From assembly GCA_050273025.1 (NCBI GenBank), contig CP158635.1, forward strand, positions 22,382,001 to 22,446,000: 64,000 nt of DNA, read 5' to 3'. A model generated the notes under the pieces. The model saw nothing but the letters and a program-made list of their open reading frames with translations. It was not told the DNA's origin and made no database searches. Each line of letters begins with the position of its first letter. The first letter of the stretch is position 1. This document shows, one piece after another, positions 26,461-39,300 of the stretch. A program made the position numbers and the translations under genes. The DNA comes from Cenococcum geophilum. Taxonomy: Eukaryota.

Positions 26461-26779
26461 ATACTAGTATCCTACCTAGGTTTTAGCGGTGGCTATACCA
26501 TAAAAAAAACCTTTATCTTATATATACTAAAATTAATTTTAAGCAAGAGTTTGGATTGGTAAGTAAATAAGGTTTGATTGGTTCTTATTTGACTGGTTAC
26601 GTGTAGGGACCGTGCTACCCTATTAAATCGCGACTGATACTTGCACTTACGATGCACCCCCTAATAGTAGGTAAATAAAATTAAAATTTATGTAGATTAT
26701 AGAGCTTACAAAGCGCTTTAAAATGACACTACTTTTGTCTATATATCTTAAGGCTAAGTAATATTATACTGATGTAAAG

Positions 26780-27450
26780 TTTTGGAGCTCTGGGGTGCAC
26801 GGAGCTCTACACGGAGCTCTGTAAAAGCTCTACACGAAGCTCCGTGAAAACTCTGCACGATACTCCGTAAAAGCTCTACACGAAGCTCTACTTAAAACCT
26901 ATGGAGCTCTAAAGCTCTACTAATATACAGCACTAATACTAGGAAGTCTTATAATCGTTTCTACGTACGGTTACAACGGCTCTACGACGGCTCTACGACG
27001 GCTCTGCCATCGCCCGTACAGTTGCCCATACAATCGTCCGTACGAACGGCTCTGCATCGTCTCTACGAACGGTTTTACGTCGTCTTTACGACCGGCCCTA
27101 TGACGGCTCTACCATCGCCCGTACAGTCGCCTATACGACCGGCTCTGCATCGTCTCTACGAACGGCCCTACAACGGCCCCGCAACGTCTCTACAGCGGCT
27201 CTACGAACGGCTCTACGAACGGCTCTACAGCTGCTCCATCGACGGCTCTACGACGGCCCTATAACGGCTCTACGAACAGCCCTACGAACAGCCCTACGAA
27301 CAGCCCTACGAACAGCCCTACGAACAGCCCTACGAACAGCCCTACGAACAACTCTACGAACGGCTCTACCATTGCCTTACAAACGGCTCTACTATCGCCC
27401 GTATGAACGGGTCTCCAACGGCTTAGGGGGAGCCGTGCACGGAGCTCTGT
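26780..27450 (-). repeat. Inverted relative of the 5.7-8.3 kb array unit
   Basis: Reverse complement of 26880-26950 matches the unit-closing block CTTCCTAGTA..TTAGTGCTG...TTAGTAGAGCTTT.GAGCTCC at ~8100-8150; (CTACGAACAGCC)n and GAGCTCTACACG 12-mers. Confidence 0.85.
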
Positions 27451-27536
27451 CTAGAAACTGTCACGTGCGTGCTAACCACGTGTACCAACTACGCGTACAC
27501 AACCGCGTATACAACCCTTATTACTACTACTGCTCT

Positions 27537-28159
27537 ATAGATCTCCCTCCGCAATAGCCTCTGCAGCAATCTCCGCAGCAATCTCCGTAGTAACAGTCTC
27601 CGCAGCAGCAGTCTCCGCAGTAATCCATAGCAGCCTCAGCAGCCTCCGCAGTATCCCCCGCAGCAATCTCCGCAGCAATCTCCGCAGTAGCCTCCTTAGC
27701 AGCCTCCGCGGCAGGTATAGGAGCGCTAGCAGCGGCTATAGGCTATGCAGCAGATACAGGAGCAGCAGTATAAGGAATGGCCGGCAGCAATATCCGGAAT
27801 TATGGGAGGGGTAGCAGTAGGAGGATGAAGAGGAGGAGCAGGGTAGTGGCTACTGGGACGATAACGGCTGGGACGGTCGCTAGCAGCCTAGACGGTAGCG
27901 GCTAAAGCAGCTAGAGCAGTAGCTATGGTAGCAGCTATATGAACAGATACAGGAACAGATACGGATAGGCACAGTGGCAGCAGTGGCGGCAGTGGCGGCA
28001 GTAGCAGTAGTAGGGCAGCTACTTGGTTTTTTTTTAGAAGGACTTCGTCCCCAAAGCCCAAAAGCCCGCCGCAGGCGCGAGAATTCCGTTAAATTTACCC
28101 AAGGAACCAAATTGCTGGCTGTAAGTCAGCAATTTGGAAATTTTCCTTGGAAAATTTAA
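27537..28159 (+). pseudogene. Gln/Pro-rich ORF remnant (QQSP repeats), RIP stops and one frameshift
   Basis: (M)DLPPQQPLQQSPQQSP...; after a shift near 27775 ...QQEDEEEEQG...KQLEQQLWQQLYEQIQEQIR..VAAVAAVAAVAVVG; may be non-coding low complexity. Confidence 0.35.
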
Positions 28160-28170
28160 CGGAATTCTCG
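28078..28170. repeat. 93-nt near-perfect hairpin
   Basis: CGAGAATTCCGTTAAATTT / AAATTTAACGGAATTCTCG (19 bp perfect), CCAAGGAA / TTCCTTGG, CCAAATTGCTG / CAGCAATTTGG. Confidence 0.95.
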
Positions 28171-31018
28171 TATATTATACTATACTAAGAACCTATATTA
28201 CCTTTGTTGTTATACTAGGATATATAAACCGCTTAAAGATGTTATAATAGAGATAGCTTAGAGGGGTAAACTATATAAGCAAAGAGACCAACTAAAAGAG
28301 GCGCCAGATAATTATTTAGAAGATTTATTAACGAAAGGGATACGTAAAAGAAAGGTAAATTGCACTCTAGATAAAGCCTTTAAGAAGCCAAAGAAATAAG
28401 AAATTTCTTATAAAAAAAGATTTTTATAATCACGTTTATATTTTCTAGCGCTAAGAATTAAGGCGCCAATTAGGATTTCTTTAGCTTAGTATTATTTTTC
28501 TATCTAGTTACTTCTATGTTAAGAGTATCTCGTTATTATTTATATATATATTAAATTAAAGTTAAGAATTTACTTATAGTAAGCTTATAAGTTGTTACAG
28601 GATAGGGGCAGTGGCTATAAAGCGTATGTATTCGAGGAGTCTATAAGACGTTGCGCGATCGATCGTAAGGGTTAAGGGCATAAGGAGGTGATATACCTAC
28701 GCGTAGCTGATATAAGCTATACGCGAGGTGTACGTAAGAGCACGGGGCTCTCCTATAGAGGCCCCTGCGGTAGGGTTCCGTAACACTACCCCCCCTCTTA
28801 TAGAGGCGGAGCTCCGGCGATGCTATAGTTACTATATATATAGAAGGGACACTTAAGGTATAGAAAAGAAGAAAGAAGGGGTGTATCGCTAAAGGCTTAA
28901 AATAACGTTATGTAATAGGGCTTAGTATCTAAAAATCTAACTAATTAGATAACTTTAACCGCCGGTTAAAGTTCCTGGACATCTTAACAATATTCCAGTT
29001 ACGTAATTATACTTTACCGCAATCTAACGGCAATTTAATGGTAATTTGCCCTTATATAGTAATATATAACGGTTTAACTCTATAAGGGCTCCTATAGAGG
29101 ATTAGGTATAAAGTCTCTACTTAGGCCCGGTTTCTATAGGTTCGCGTAGTAAAAGTCGCTAATTAGATCCTTTGCATTTTTAAAGTCTTTCTATAGTTGC
29201 TATTCTGGCTAATCTATGTCGAATCCTGTGTATATAGCTCTATAGTAAAGCCGTTGTCCTCTACCTTTACTAAAGTATTTAGAGTTAATAATTTGTTTAA
29301 TGGTCCACTCCTTATAGTTCTCGTCTTCTTTCTCATTTTAAATTAGTACTAGTAGGGGTTTAGGCTATATTTATCCCGGTAAGGGGTTAGGCTAATAGAG
29401 GTGTAGTAGCTATGGGTAAAATATAGGCTATATCTCGTGGGTAGCTAAGGTAGGTAGGAGTTCTAGCTTATATACGGCTCCCCTATTAATAACTTATTTA
29501 ATTAAATAGGGGCCGAGGTTTTTATAATTAAGTGACTTTATAGGCCTCTATATAGAGATATTACGTGCATCTAGCTATACCTAGTCGCCAACACGCATTT
29601 CTGGTGGTGGCGTTCTATAACGGTCGGCGAAGTAGGCCTACTTTGCTTAAGCCTAGGCCATTTCTCCCTTATAGTAGTTGAGTAGATTTTTTATACGGTC
29701 TATATACTGGTTGGCAAGTAGCATCTTAAGGCGTTTTTTATATAGCAGTTTCTTATTAATAGGTTCTAGTGGCTCTATACTAGATTGGGGGTAATAACCC
29801 TTATTTGCAAAGAACGGGGTAAGTCCTATAGTAGTTAAGACATAGTTATTCGCTGTGAATTTACCTAGTAGGAGGTAATCTACCTAGTTATCTTAACTAT
29901 AGGCGACTACCTATCGTAGGTACGCTTTTATACTAGTATTAGCGTTTTTTGGTTGCCTAGTAGTTTTATAGTAGAAGGATATAGACATCTTAACGGAGAT
30001 GCTAAGGCGTTAGCAGATTCGTCTCTATATATTAGAGTTAAATTATATGCCTTAGTTGGACGTAATTAAGTTAGGTAACCTATATAGTTAATAAACTTTA
30101 CAGAGGAAGGCGTTAGTAATGTTGCTAACGGCTACGCCTGTTACGGCACTGGCAGAACTTGGCAGAACTACGCACCAGCAAGTTGCCACAGATTGCCGCA
30201 TATTGCGGTTATGTGACGTGAAGATCTTATAAAACATCGAACGGCGCTGCTCTTCTTCTCCTTTCCTTTCCCTAGCTTTAGATTCTCGTTTATAGACAAT
30301 CCAATTATATAGGCTTGCGCGTCCCCTTTGCCGTGCCCATGCCTTAATTAACTAAGTCGCTAATATTATCTAAAGCTTACTCTACTCTTTCTTCCTAAGA
30401 AGGAACTTAAATATATTTATAAGACTATAAATAGGACAAGAATATAGAACAGGACCCTAAGGACATTACTAGGACTATAAGGACAGGACCTAAAAGAAAA
30501 GAACAGAACCTTAAGGAAAGGACCTATAAGACACGCATAGACTAGAACCCCTGAGGAAATTACCCGGAATTACCTAACACCCCTACTACCATACCACGAA
30601 ATACAGCAGTAGGTAAAGCAGCTATAGGACCCTTAAATACTTTAGATAAAGAAATAATTAACGTTTTAACCCCCTAGGCGGAGCTTGCGGCTGCTAATAC
30701 CGAAATTAAATAACTGTGAGAGCTGCTCGAAGCCAGAGATACCCCTATATCTAATAATAAGTCATTATTAGATAACTAAAGACTTACTACAGTCCTTCAG
30801 GCCCTATCCCAGCGCCTTAGTGGATCCACTAAGGCCTATATAGTACCAAAGCGGTCGGCAAAGGTCGCGGACCCCCTGCTACTTACAGATAGAACCGACC
30901 CTATATTTAATAATTAGAAGCTTTAATTACGGGATAAGCTTAAAGTTAATGCAGACTACTTCCCTAACGCCCGAGCTAGAATAGCCTATATCTTCGGCCG
31001 TACTGGCGGAGACGCCTA

Positions 31019-33356
31019 CATCAGGAAAATGTTTATGCCTCCTAACAGTACTGACAGGTTCCTGACAGGTCCTGTCAGGGCTGTCAGGAGCTCCAGGAGA
31101 CACTCACACTCGGCTTCCTGTCAGGAACCTGTCAGGAGGTCGCCCGGACCACCAGGACCTCCAGGACCTCCAGGAACTCCAGGACCTCCAGGACCATCAG
31201 GACCATCAGGACCGTCAGGACAATCAGGACAATCAGGACAATCAGGACAATTAGGACAATTAGGATAATTTAAAAATTAAATTTAAAAATAAGGTATATT
31301 AATGCTCTTGTATTTACAGCTAGCCAATAAATATAAAAACCAGTTTAATTTTAGACTCTATTCTATATACAGGATACTTTAAGGAATCTAAATAATCCAA
31401 ATCCTTCTTGCCTACCTACCTGCGTCGCGATCGATTGAGGAGACAAGGGAGAAGGCTCTCGCAGAGGTTCCAAATCGTCAATTGGCGGTGTTCCCGATGA
31501 TCCGCCGGCCGTGTACTGATTTCCTAACTAGGCCTAGTACCTGCCTGTCCTGCCTGTCCTACCTGTCTGTACCTGCCTGTCGGTGCCTACCTGTCTGTGC
31601 CTGCCTATCGTGCCTACTTGTCTATGCCTACCTGTCTGTATCTGTAATTCGGGGGAGAGGTCGGCCCGATCGAAGGCTCTGCTTGATTCGATTGCGATTG
31701 ATTGTATTAATTCGAATCGTTCTCTATGGGCGTTCGCTGGCTATACGTTTGAACGGTGGTCGTCTGGGGTGCCTCCCTAAGAGGCCTTGATTCGATTCAA
31801 TTTGGTAATAGGGTGATATCAAGGCTCTGGTTCGATTCGATCGATCGATCGAATTGATCGTGGTGTTCGCTGGCTGGTCGTTGAAACGATTATCGTCTGG
31901 CTCTGGCAACGGTCCTCTCCTACCTGCCTACCTACCTACCTACCTACCTACCTGCTTGCCTGCCTGCCTGCGTGCGTCAGTGTCTGGTTCAATTTAGGGG
32001 AGGAGTCGGCCTGATCGAAGGCTCTGATTGATTCGAATCGTTCTCTATGGCCGTTCGCTGGCTGTACATTCGAACGGTAGTCATCTGGGGTGCCTCCCTA
32101 GGAGGCCTTGGTTCGATTCAGTGACGGGCAGATATCAAAGCTCTGGTTCAATTCAATCGATCAATTAATTGAATCGTTCGTGGTGTTTGCTGGCTGGTCG
32201 TTCGAACGGTCATCGTCTAGTTCTGGCGACGGTCATCTGGTTCTGGCAACGGTCGTCTGGTTCTGGCGACGGTCGTCTGGTTCTGGCGACGGTCCTCTGC
32301 TGGCTGTCGTTCTTGTGCCTCCTAAGGTAGGGAGGATGTAAGGGTAAAAAATAAGGTGGCATTTAGGTGTACAAGGGGCATGCAAAGGCACGTGTAGGCT
32401 ATCGGGAATATAGCGGGGACCCGATAGTAATGTGTCATGCGGAGCTTCGTGTAGAGCCTCCGTACGCAGAGCTTCGCGCAGAGCCTCGTGCAGAGCCTCG
32501 TGCAGAGCCTTTGTACGTAGAGCTTCGTGTAGAGCTTCGTGTAGAGCCTCGTGCAAAGCTTCGTGCAGAGCTTCGTGCAGAGCTTCGTGCAGAGCTTCGT
32601 GCAGAGCTTCGTGCAGAGCTTCGTGCAGAGCTTCGTGCAGAGCTTCGTGCAGAGCTTCGTGCAGAGCTTCGTGCAGAGCTTCGTGCAGAGCTTCGTGTAG
32701 AGCTTCGTGCGGAGCTTCGTGTATGTAGAGCCTCGTGCGGAGCTTCGTGCAAGCTTCGTGTAGAGCTTCGTGCAGAGCTTCGTGCAGAGCTTCGTGTAGA
32801 GCTTCGTCCGGAGCTTTGTGTATGTAGGGCCTCGTGCAGAGCCCCAGTAGTGTTGCTTGAGGGGTGCGCATAAGGTGTTGCTTTGGGGGGGTATCCTGCC
32901 AGGAACCTGACAGGACGATCAGGAAATACTAGTTTCCTGTCAGGAGCGCATCAGGATGGTAGGGTCCTGTCAGGAGCGCATCAGGATAGTAGGGTCCTAT
33001 CAGGAGCCTGTCAGGACGACTAGGACCATCAGGACGTTCAGGACGTTTAGGACATCAGGACGTTCAGGACGTTCAGGATGATCAGGAAGATCAGGAAAAT
33101 CAAAATCCTGCCAGGAGCCTGTCAGGAGCCTGTCAGGACGACCAGGACGACCAGGACGATCAGGACGTTTAGGACGTTCAGGACATCAGGACGTTCAGGA
33201 CGTTCAGGACGTCCAGGACGATCAGGAAAATCAAAATCCTGCCAGGAGCCTGTCAGGAGCCTGTCAGGAGCCTGTCAGGACGATTAGGACCTCCAGGAAA
33301 ATCAAAATCCTGTCAGGAGGCCTCCAGGATCTTGGCACCCCAACAAAATGCTGATG
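31019..33356. mobile_element. Non-autonomous DNA-transposon-like element, CATCAG...CTGATG termini, 5-bp TSD, inserted in Ty3-B gag
   Basis: TSD GCCTA at 31014-31018 and 33357-33361; removal restores gag ...GGDA(Q)THLR...; imperfect TIR CATCAGGAAAATGTT / AACAAAATGCTGATG; subterminal CAGGAC 9-mers and CCTGNCAGG palindromes at both ends. Confidence 0.9.
32440..32842 (+). repeat. (GCAGAGCTTCGT)n 12-bp minisatellite
   Basis: 11 perfect copies at 32565-32696 within ~33 degenerate units. Confidence 0.95.
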
Positions 33357-36300
33357 GCCTAGACGCATTTACGCCTGTAATATACTAAAGACTTAGCAGA
33401 CCCCTTTATCTCTAAAGAAGAAATAATTAAATACTTGTCTTTTATTTATAAAGACCCTTTTAAAGTATAGAACGCCTGCCTTAGCTATAAAAGCCTAAAT
33501 ATAAAAACAACGGAGACCTTTTCGGCCTTTTAAACCCGCTTTTTACACCTAGCCGGACAGGCCTAGATCCCCCAGGAAGACCTACTGCTAGACCTCTTTA
33601 ATAAGCTTACCCTAAACCTATAGCGGGCTATATTGCTAGCTTATACTACAGCATAAATGTTAAAGGAACTTATAAACTATTGCCTAGCTATTAACTAAGG
33701 CCTCCGTTAAATTAAGGTATGCGCTAATTAGCTAAAAACTAAAAACCTTGCAAACTAGGCCGCAAGTACTATAAGTACGGCCCGTAGTGCCCTAGCATAA
33801 TTGGCAACTCCTATAGTTAACCCGGCAGCCAGACGCGCAGCTACCCCTACTGCGGGCCTAGTATACACCCGGCCTATATACAGCGACCCCTATATATAGG
33901 CCCTTAGCAATTAAGGAGCTTGCTTTTTATACGGTTAAATAGGCCACCCTATAAGGAACTGCTTAATAAAGGCAAAGATAAACGAGGTCCTATTAATTTA
34001 GGAGGATAGTACAGAGCCAGAAAAAGAGGAACCCTAGAGGAAGACTCCTCTCTAGGGTTAAAAGGGATTGATATGTTATATATTAATCTGGGTCGGCTAG
34101 TTAGTGGAAGAAGCTACACTATCCCTTATACTTTATTTCGCAATAGATATTAAGTTTTAACCTCTACTTTAGCTAACTTAGGAGTAAATACCTTTACCTT
34201 AATTAATATAAAGTGCGCTGCAAAACTGGCTGACTTTTTAAATATACCCCTTAAAGAACTGCCTAAACTAATCCCTATTTGCGGTTATAACGGATAGATA
34301 GGGCCACCTATTATAACTATCTTGCGGATCTACCTTTGCGTTAATAGACGAAGGCAGTATAACGTCCCCTTCCTTATTACGGACCTTAGAAGCCATAATA
34401 TGATCTTAGGGAGAAAATGGCTAGCCTATTTAGGCTTATAGCTTAATATATGGAATAGGCAGCTTATCTAGCCTAAAACTATACCCCTAACGCCTTCCTT
34501 TATAAAAGAGATTAGTATTATAATAAAAAACCTTATACGGTTGTAGATAGACACTATTTACTAGGCCGATACGACGCGTAAAGACTAGGCTTTTAAGAAG
34601 GATATACAGCTTAATCCGTAACGGATTTGTATATTATACCGCCCCTAGACTACCTATATTACACTACCCGTACTAAAGACTTAGGAAGTTAGTAGTGGCC
34701 TAGCTAAGTCCCAAATGGAGAACCTAGGCCTTACGTAGCTATAAAGGAAGGCCAGGGATATTGGATGATATACTAAACTAATAAACTGGAAGGATAACTT
34801 ACGGAAAATGGAATGTAAGTTAAGGAAGACTATAAACCCTATACCGTAAAATACGGCCTAACGAATATCCGTAAAGAAGCCTACGGACCTCCCACCAGTT
34901 AATATCTACTGTATTGGCGCTATAGGATTCTACTGGAACCTGGTTTAGCTTAATACTATTGCCTTTATAACTAGCTTATATAAAATTAATTAAATAATTA
35001 AAGAGAAAGAAGCCCTAGCCTAAGAAAAAGGTAAGCTTATAGATAAGGAGCTAGTAGAACGGAAACTGCCCTGTTAATACCAGAAATTTAAAAACACCTT
35101 CTCTAAAGCAGCGTCTAATGTACTTCCGCCTTACCGACCATACGACTATAAGATTGAAATTGAGCCGGATAAGGTAGTTACCCTTAGCTATAGCCCCCTC
35201 TGACAGCAATCTACTGCCGAATTATAGGCTATAAAGCAGTATCTTATTAATAACCTGGATAAGGGCTTTATTAAGCCTAGTTAAGCCCCTTTTAACGTAC
35301 CTATTCTCTTTGCTAAAAAGCTAAATAGAGGACTTCGTTTCTATATTAACTACTATAAGCTTAATAATTTGACCCTTAAAGACCGCTACCTACTGCCTTT
35401 ACTTAATAAGACTTTGGCCTAAATAAGTAGAGCTAAGATCTTTATAAAGCTTAATATCCACTAGGCTTTTCACTAAATTAGGATAGACCCTAAATTAGAA
35501 AACCTTATTACGTTTCGGACCTAATATAGAACGTATAAATATAAAGTACTGCCTTTTAGATTGACTAACGGACTGGCTATATACTAATGATATATAAATA
35601 ATATACTATTTAACTACCTTAATAACTTCTGTACAGCATACCTAGATAATATTATAATCTACTTTAAAAATAAACTGGAATATAAAGAGCATGTCTATAA
35701 AGTCCTATAATGGCTTTAGGAAGCTGGCCTTTAAGCCAATATTAAGAAGTTAGAATTTAGTGTTAAGCGTATAAAGTACCTAAGGTTTATTATTAGTATA
35801 AACAGAATTAACATAGACCTAAAAAAGACGGCTGTAATTAACTAATGGGTACCCCTAAGGACCGTAAAGGGGGTATAGTTATTTTTAGGGTTCTGTAACT
35901 TCTACCGACGCTTTATTAAGAACTATAGCAGGATTACCTAGCTACTAAGCCTACTTACCTATAAGGACCGGCCCTTTTACTTTGACACCGTATATAGGCA
36001 GGCCTTTAATAAGCTTAAGAAACGACTAGTCTCTGCTCCCTTACTCGCCCATTTTGACCTAGAACGGCCCTTAATGCTAAAAACCGATGCCTTAGATAGT
36101 GTTATAGCTAGCGTTTACTCCCAAAAGCAGACAGACGGAGAATAGCACCCTATTGCTTACTATTTAAAGACTATAGTAGATGCTAAGCTAAACTACCTAA
36201 TTCACGATAAAGAAATGCTGGCTATTATCTCTAGTTTTAGCACTGGCGAGCCTAACTAGAAGGCACCCCTAAGTCTATCCAGGTAGTTTCTAATCATAAG

Positions 36301-39300
36301 GCCTTAGAATATTTTATAATAATAAAGGCCCTTATAGCCCGATAGGCGCGCTAGGCGGACACCCTATTTTAGTTTAACTTCCTAATTATATATAAGCTAG
36401 GCGCCACTAACCGTGCGGACGCTCTTATAAGGCGTAAACAGGATATAAATAACTAAATAGCCGTAAAGATCTTATTACGGACCTAAGCGCTACTATAACT
36501 AAAGCACCTTAACTTCTAGATATGGGTAGAACTAAATATAGACTCTTTGGATGCCGAGATATGCCCTATTAACTCTATAGAACTGGACCTTATTAATAAA
36601 CTGCTGCAGGTAAACTATACAGCCCCTTCTTTATAGGAGTACCGTGAAAAGGCAAAGAACGTTTCTAGCCTATAGTCCCTTAAAAGTGGACTACTTAAGT
36701 ACTACGAACGGCTAGTGGTAGCAGAGGAACAGAACTTACGGACTTAGCTTATTGCTGAAGCACATGCCTAGGTCTCTATGGCCTACCTTAAAAAAAATAA
36801 GACCCGTAAAATTATTAGCGACTACTACTACTGGCCTGGAATAATTATAGATATTAACCGCTATATATGGAACTATAATAACTGCTATAGGTTTACAATT
36901 CCACAAGATAAGACCCTAGGACTATTAAAACCCCTCCTAATACCTAACCGCCCCTAGTAATATATCTCTATAGACTTTTATAAGCTACTTCCAAACCGTA
37001 ACGGATATGATATAGTTATAATTCTAGTTAACCGCTTTAGTAAACGCCCGTTTTTAATTCCCTGTTATAAAAATATTAATACTAAAGAGGCGGCCCGACT
37101 ATATATCTACTATGTTTACCGAATTTATAGACTACTAGACACTATTATATCTAACTGCGGGCCGCAGTTTATATTAGCCTTTTGGAATAAGTTCACCCGG
37201 ATCCTAGGCATTAAGCTAAAGCTTTTTATAGTATATTACCCCCAGATAGACGGTTAAACGGAGATTATGAATTAATACTTAGACCAGAGACTCCGGCCTT
37301 TTATTAACTACTTCTAAAATAACTAGGCTAAACTGTTACCCTTAATAGACTACGCCTAAGCCACCCTACCCCACGACTCTACTGGATTTGCCCCTATTTA
37401 ACTAGAAATAGGTTACCTACCCCGTATAAGCTTTAACTGGGAAAGACTAGAAGGGCCCTAGACTGTACACGAAAAACTATCTTATAAGGAAGCCTAGCAG
37501 TACGCTAAGCGCTTAGAAGAAGCCTAGAAAGTAGCCCGTATAAACCTAGAAAAGGCTTAGAAATTAATAGAATAGTAGGCGAATAAGTATAGGCGCGAGC
37601 CTGACTTTACTATAGGTGATATGGTCTGGGTTATAATAAAGAACTAAAAGATAGAACGGCCTAGCCGTAAGCTAAATTATAAAATGGCAAGACCGTATAA
37701 GATTCTTAATAAAGTAGGCAACTTGTATAAGGTTAAGCCCCTAGACTTAATTAAAGTTCACCCTATTTTCTTACCGGATAAGCTACGGAAAGCTATAAAT
37801 AACCTACTACCCGGACAAAAGAATAAACCTCCCCTACTAATTTAAGTTAACGACGATGATAAATAGGAAATTGAAGAAATACTAGCCTATAAACCTGTAA
37901 AGGGAACGTTAAAGTATTGTGTTAGTTGGAAAGGATATAACCCGGATCCCACTTAGTACCCTATATAGAAATTTATAGGTAGCCCCTATAAGCTTTAGGA
38001 GTTCTATAGCTGTTACCCTAATAAACCCAGACCGCTAAAGTACCTAGACGAGTAGATAGAATGCTAGTATAACAAAGATAATAAGCTACCAGAAGAATAT
38101 AAGGACAAAAACGCCCTAGAAATTTCTTAGTTACGTAAGGTATTAAGATATCTAGGAACTTCAACCGGCGGTTAAAGTTATCTAATTAGTCAGATTCTCT
38201 TGCCAAGACTTTTAGCGGCAAAGCCTGAGGGCAGGCTTTTTTGGAGGGGGGGGTAATGTTACGGCACTAGCAGAACTTGGCAGAACTACGCACTGGCAAG
38301 TTGCCACAGATTGCCGCATATTGCGGTCACGTGACACGAAGATCTTATAAAACATTAAACGGCGCTGCTCTTCTTCTCCTTTCCTTTCCCTAGCTTTAGA
38401 TTCTCGTTTATAGACAATCTAATCGTACAGGCTTGCGCGTCCCCTTTGCCGTGCCCCTGCCTCGATTGACTGAGTCGCTAACAACGCCTTTAGTTAGGAC
38501 GTAGTAGCGCTCTTTTATAAGTTGGTATATTATTATAAGGATGTTCTTATAGGTACGGCCGTATCGTTTATAGGGTGGTAGGTTAATAATGAAATCTATA
38601 GTAATATCTACCCATTGTTATATAGGTACTAGTGGAGGGTGCAGTAGTCCTTAGTACTTTATATTAAAGGCCTTAGCGCACTTACAACCGTAGCAGGCGC
38701 CTATAAAGCGTTTAACTAAGTCTATCATTTTTAGCTAGAAGTAGTATTAGCTAAGAAGCTTATAAGTTCCTTTTTTACCTAGGTAGCCGCTTAATCGGAG
38801 GTTATAGGCCATTTAGATTAGTTGCCGTTATAAATTTTCTAAGTTAGGGATAAATAGGCGGCCTCTATAATAGAGCCTGTTCTCTTTTACTTTTAAGGCT
38901 GCTATATTAATCTAGCCTAAGCTTTAAAGGTTAGTAGGTAGCGTATAGGCGCTAGCGGTCTTTATAGTAATAAGTTAATACAGTAATAGGTTAATAGAGG
39001 CGTTATATACTGTAGTAATAAGCTCATTAATTTTAGGAGGTAACTTTAGTTCTATAGTATAAAGCTAGGGTATAGTTAGCTCTATTATAGGTAGTATGCC
39101 TAAGGCCAAATTTTATACTTTTAGAATCGTCTGTTATTAGAACTAATTATAGGGGTTATCTTTAGACTAAGGAAGGTCTTATAAGCGGCGTATTAGGCTA
39201 TTAGGTTTAGTACCTTATACTCCTAGTCTATATATAATTTTAAAGTTAAAACTAAAAAGGAACTCGTTTTAATGTGCTTAGCGTTAATTTAGCCGCTTTA

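Larger units (their letters stand above)
24017..26774. mobile_element. Candidate second CATCAG-family element carrying two divergent RIP-degraded orphan genes
   Basis: Left TATTAGGAAAATACT resembles RIPed CATCAGGAAAATGTT; right AATATTATACTGATG resembles RIPed AACA..ATGCTGATG; flanked by TAAA on both sides (GTAAA if the terminal G is counted as target). Confidence 0.45.
30139..38483 (+). mobile_element. Ty3/gypsy chromovirus LTR retrotransposon (Ty3-B) nested in the Ty3-A integrase region
   Basis: 227-bp LTRs 30139-30365 and 38257-38483; TSD ACGCC (30134-30138, 38484-38488); PPT GGAGGGGGGGG; RT YLD(D)II ~35640; chromodomain ~37860-37990. Confidence 0.97.

Noticed and set aside
31029..31268. 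Collagen-like GPPGPP ORF
   Set aside because: Product of 9-bp subterminal CAGGAC repeats that also occur at the other end of the element.
32233..32873. Overlapping ORFs with HEAL, RAEL, SCRA and ARSS repeats
   Set aside because: All are translations of one stop-free 12-bp minisatellite, open in several frames on both strands.
38170..38200. Hammerhead ribozyme in the shared 3'-UTR block
   Set aside because: CTAATTAG cannot give the CUGANGA core by RIP-type changes alone, and no suitably placed GAAA is present.
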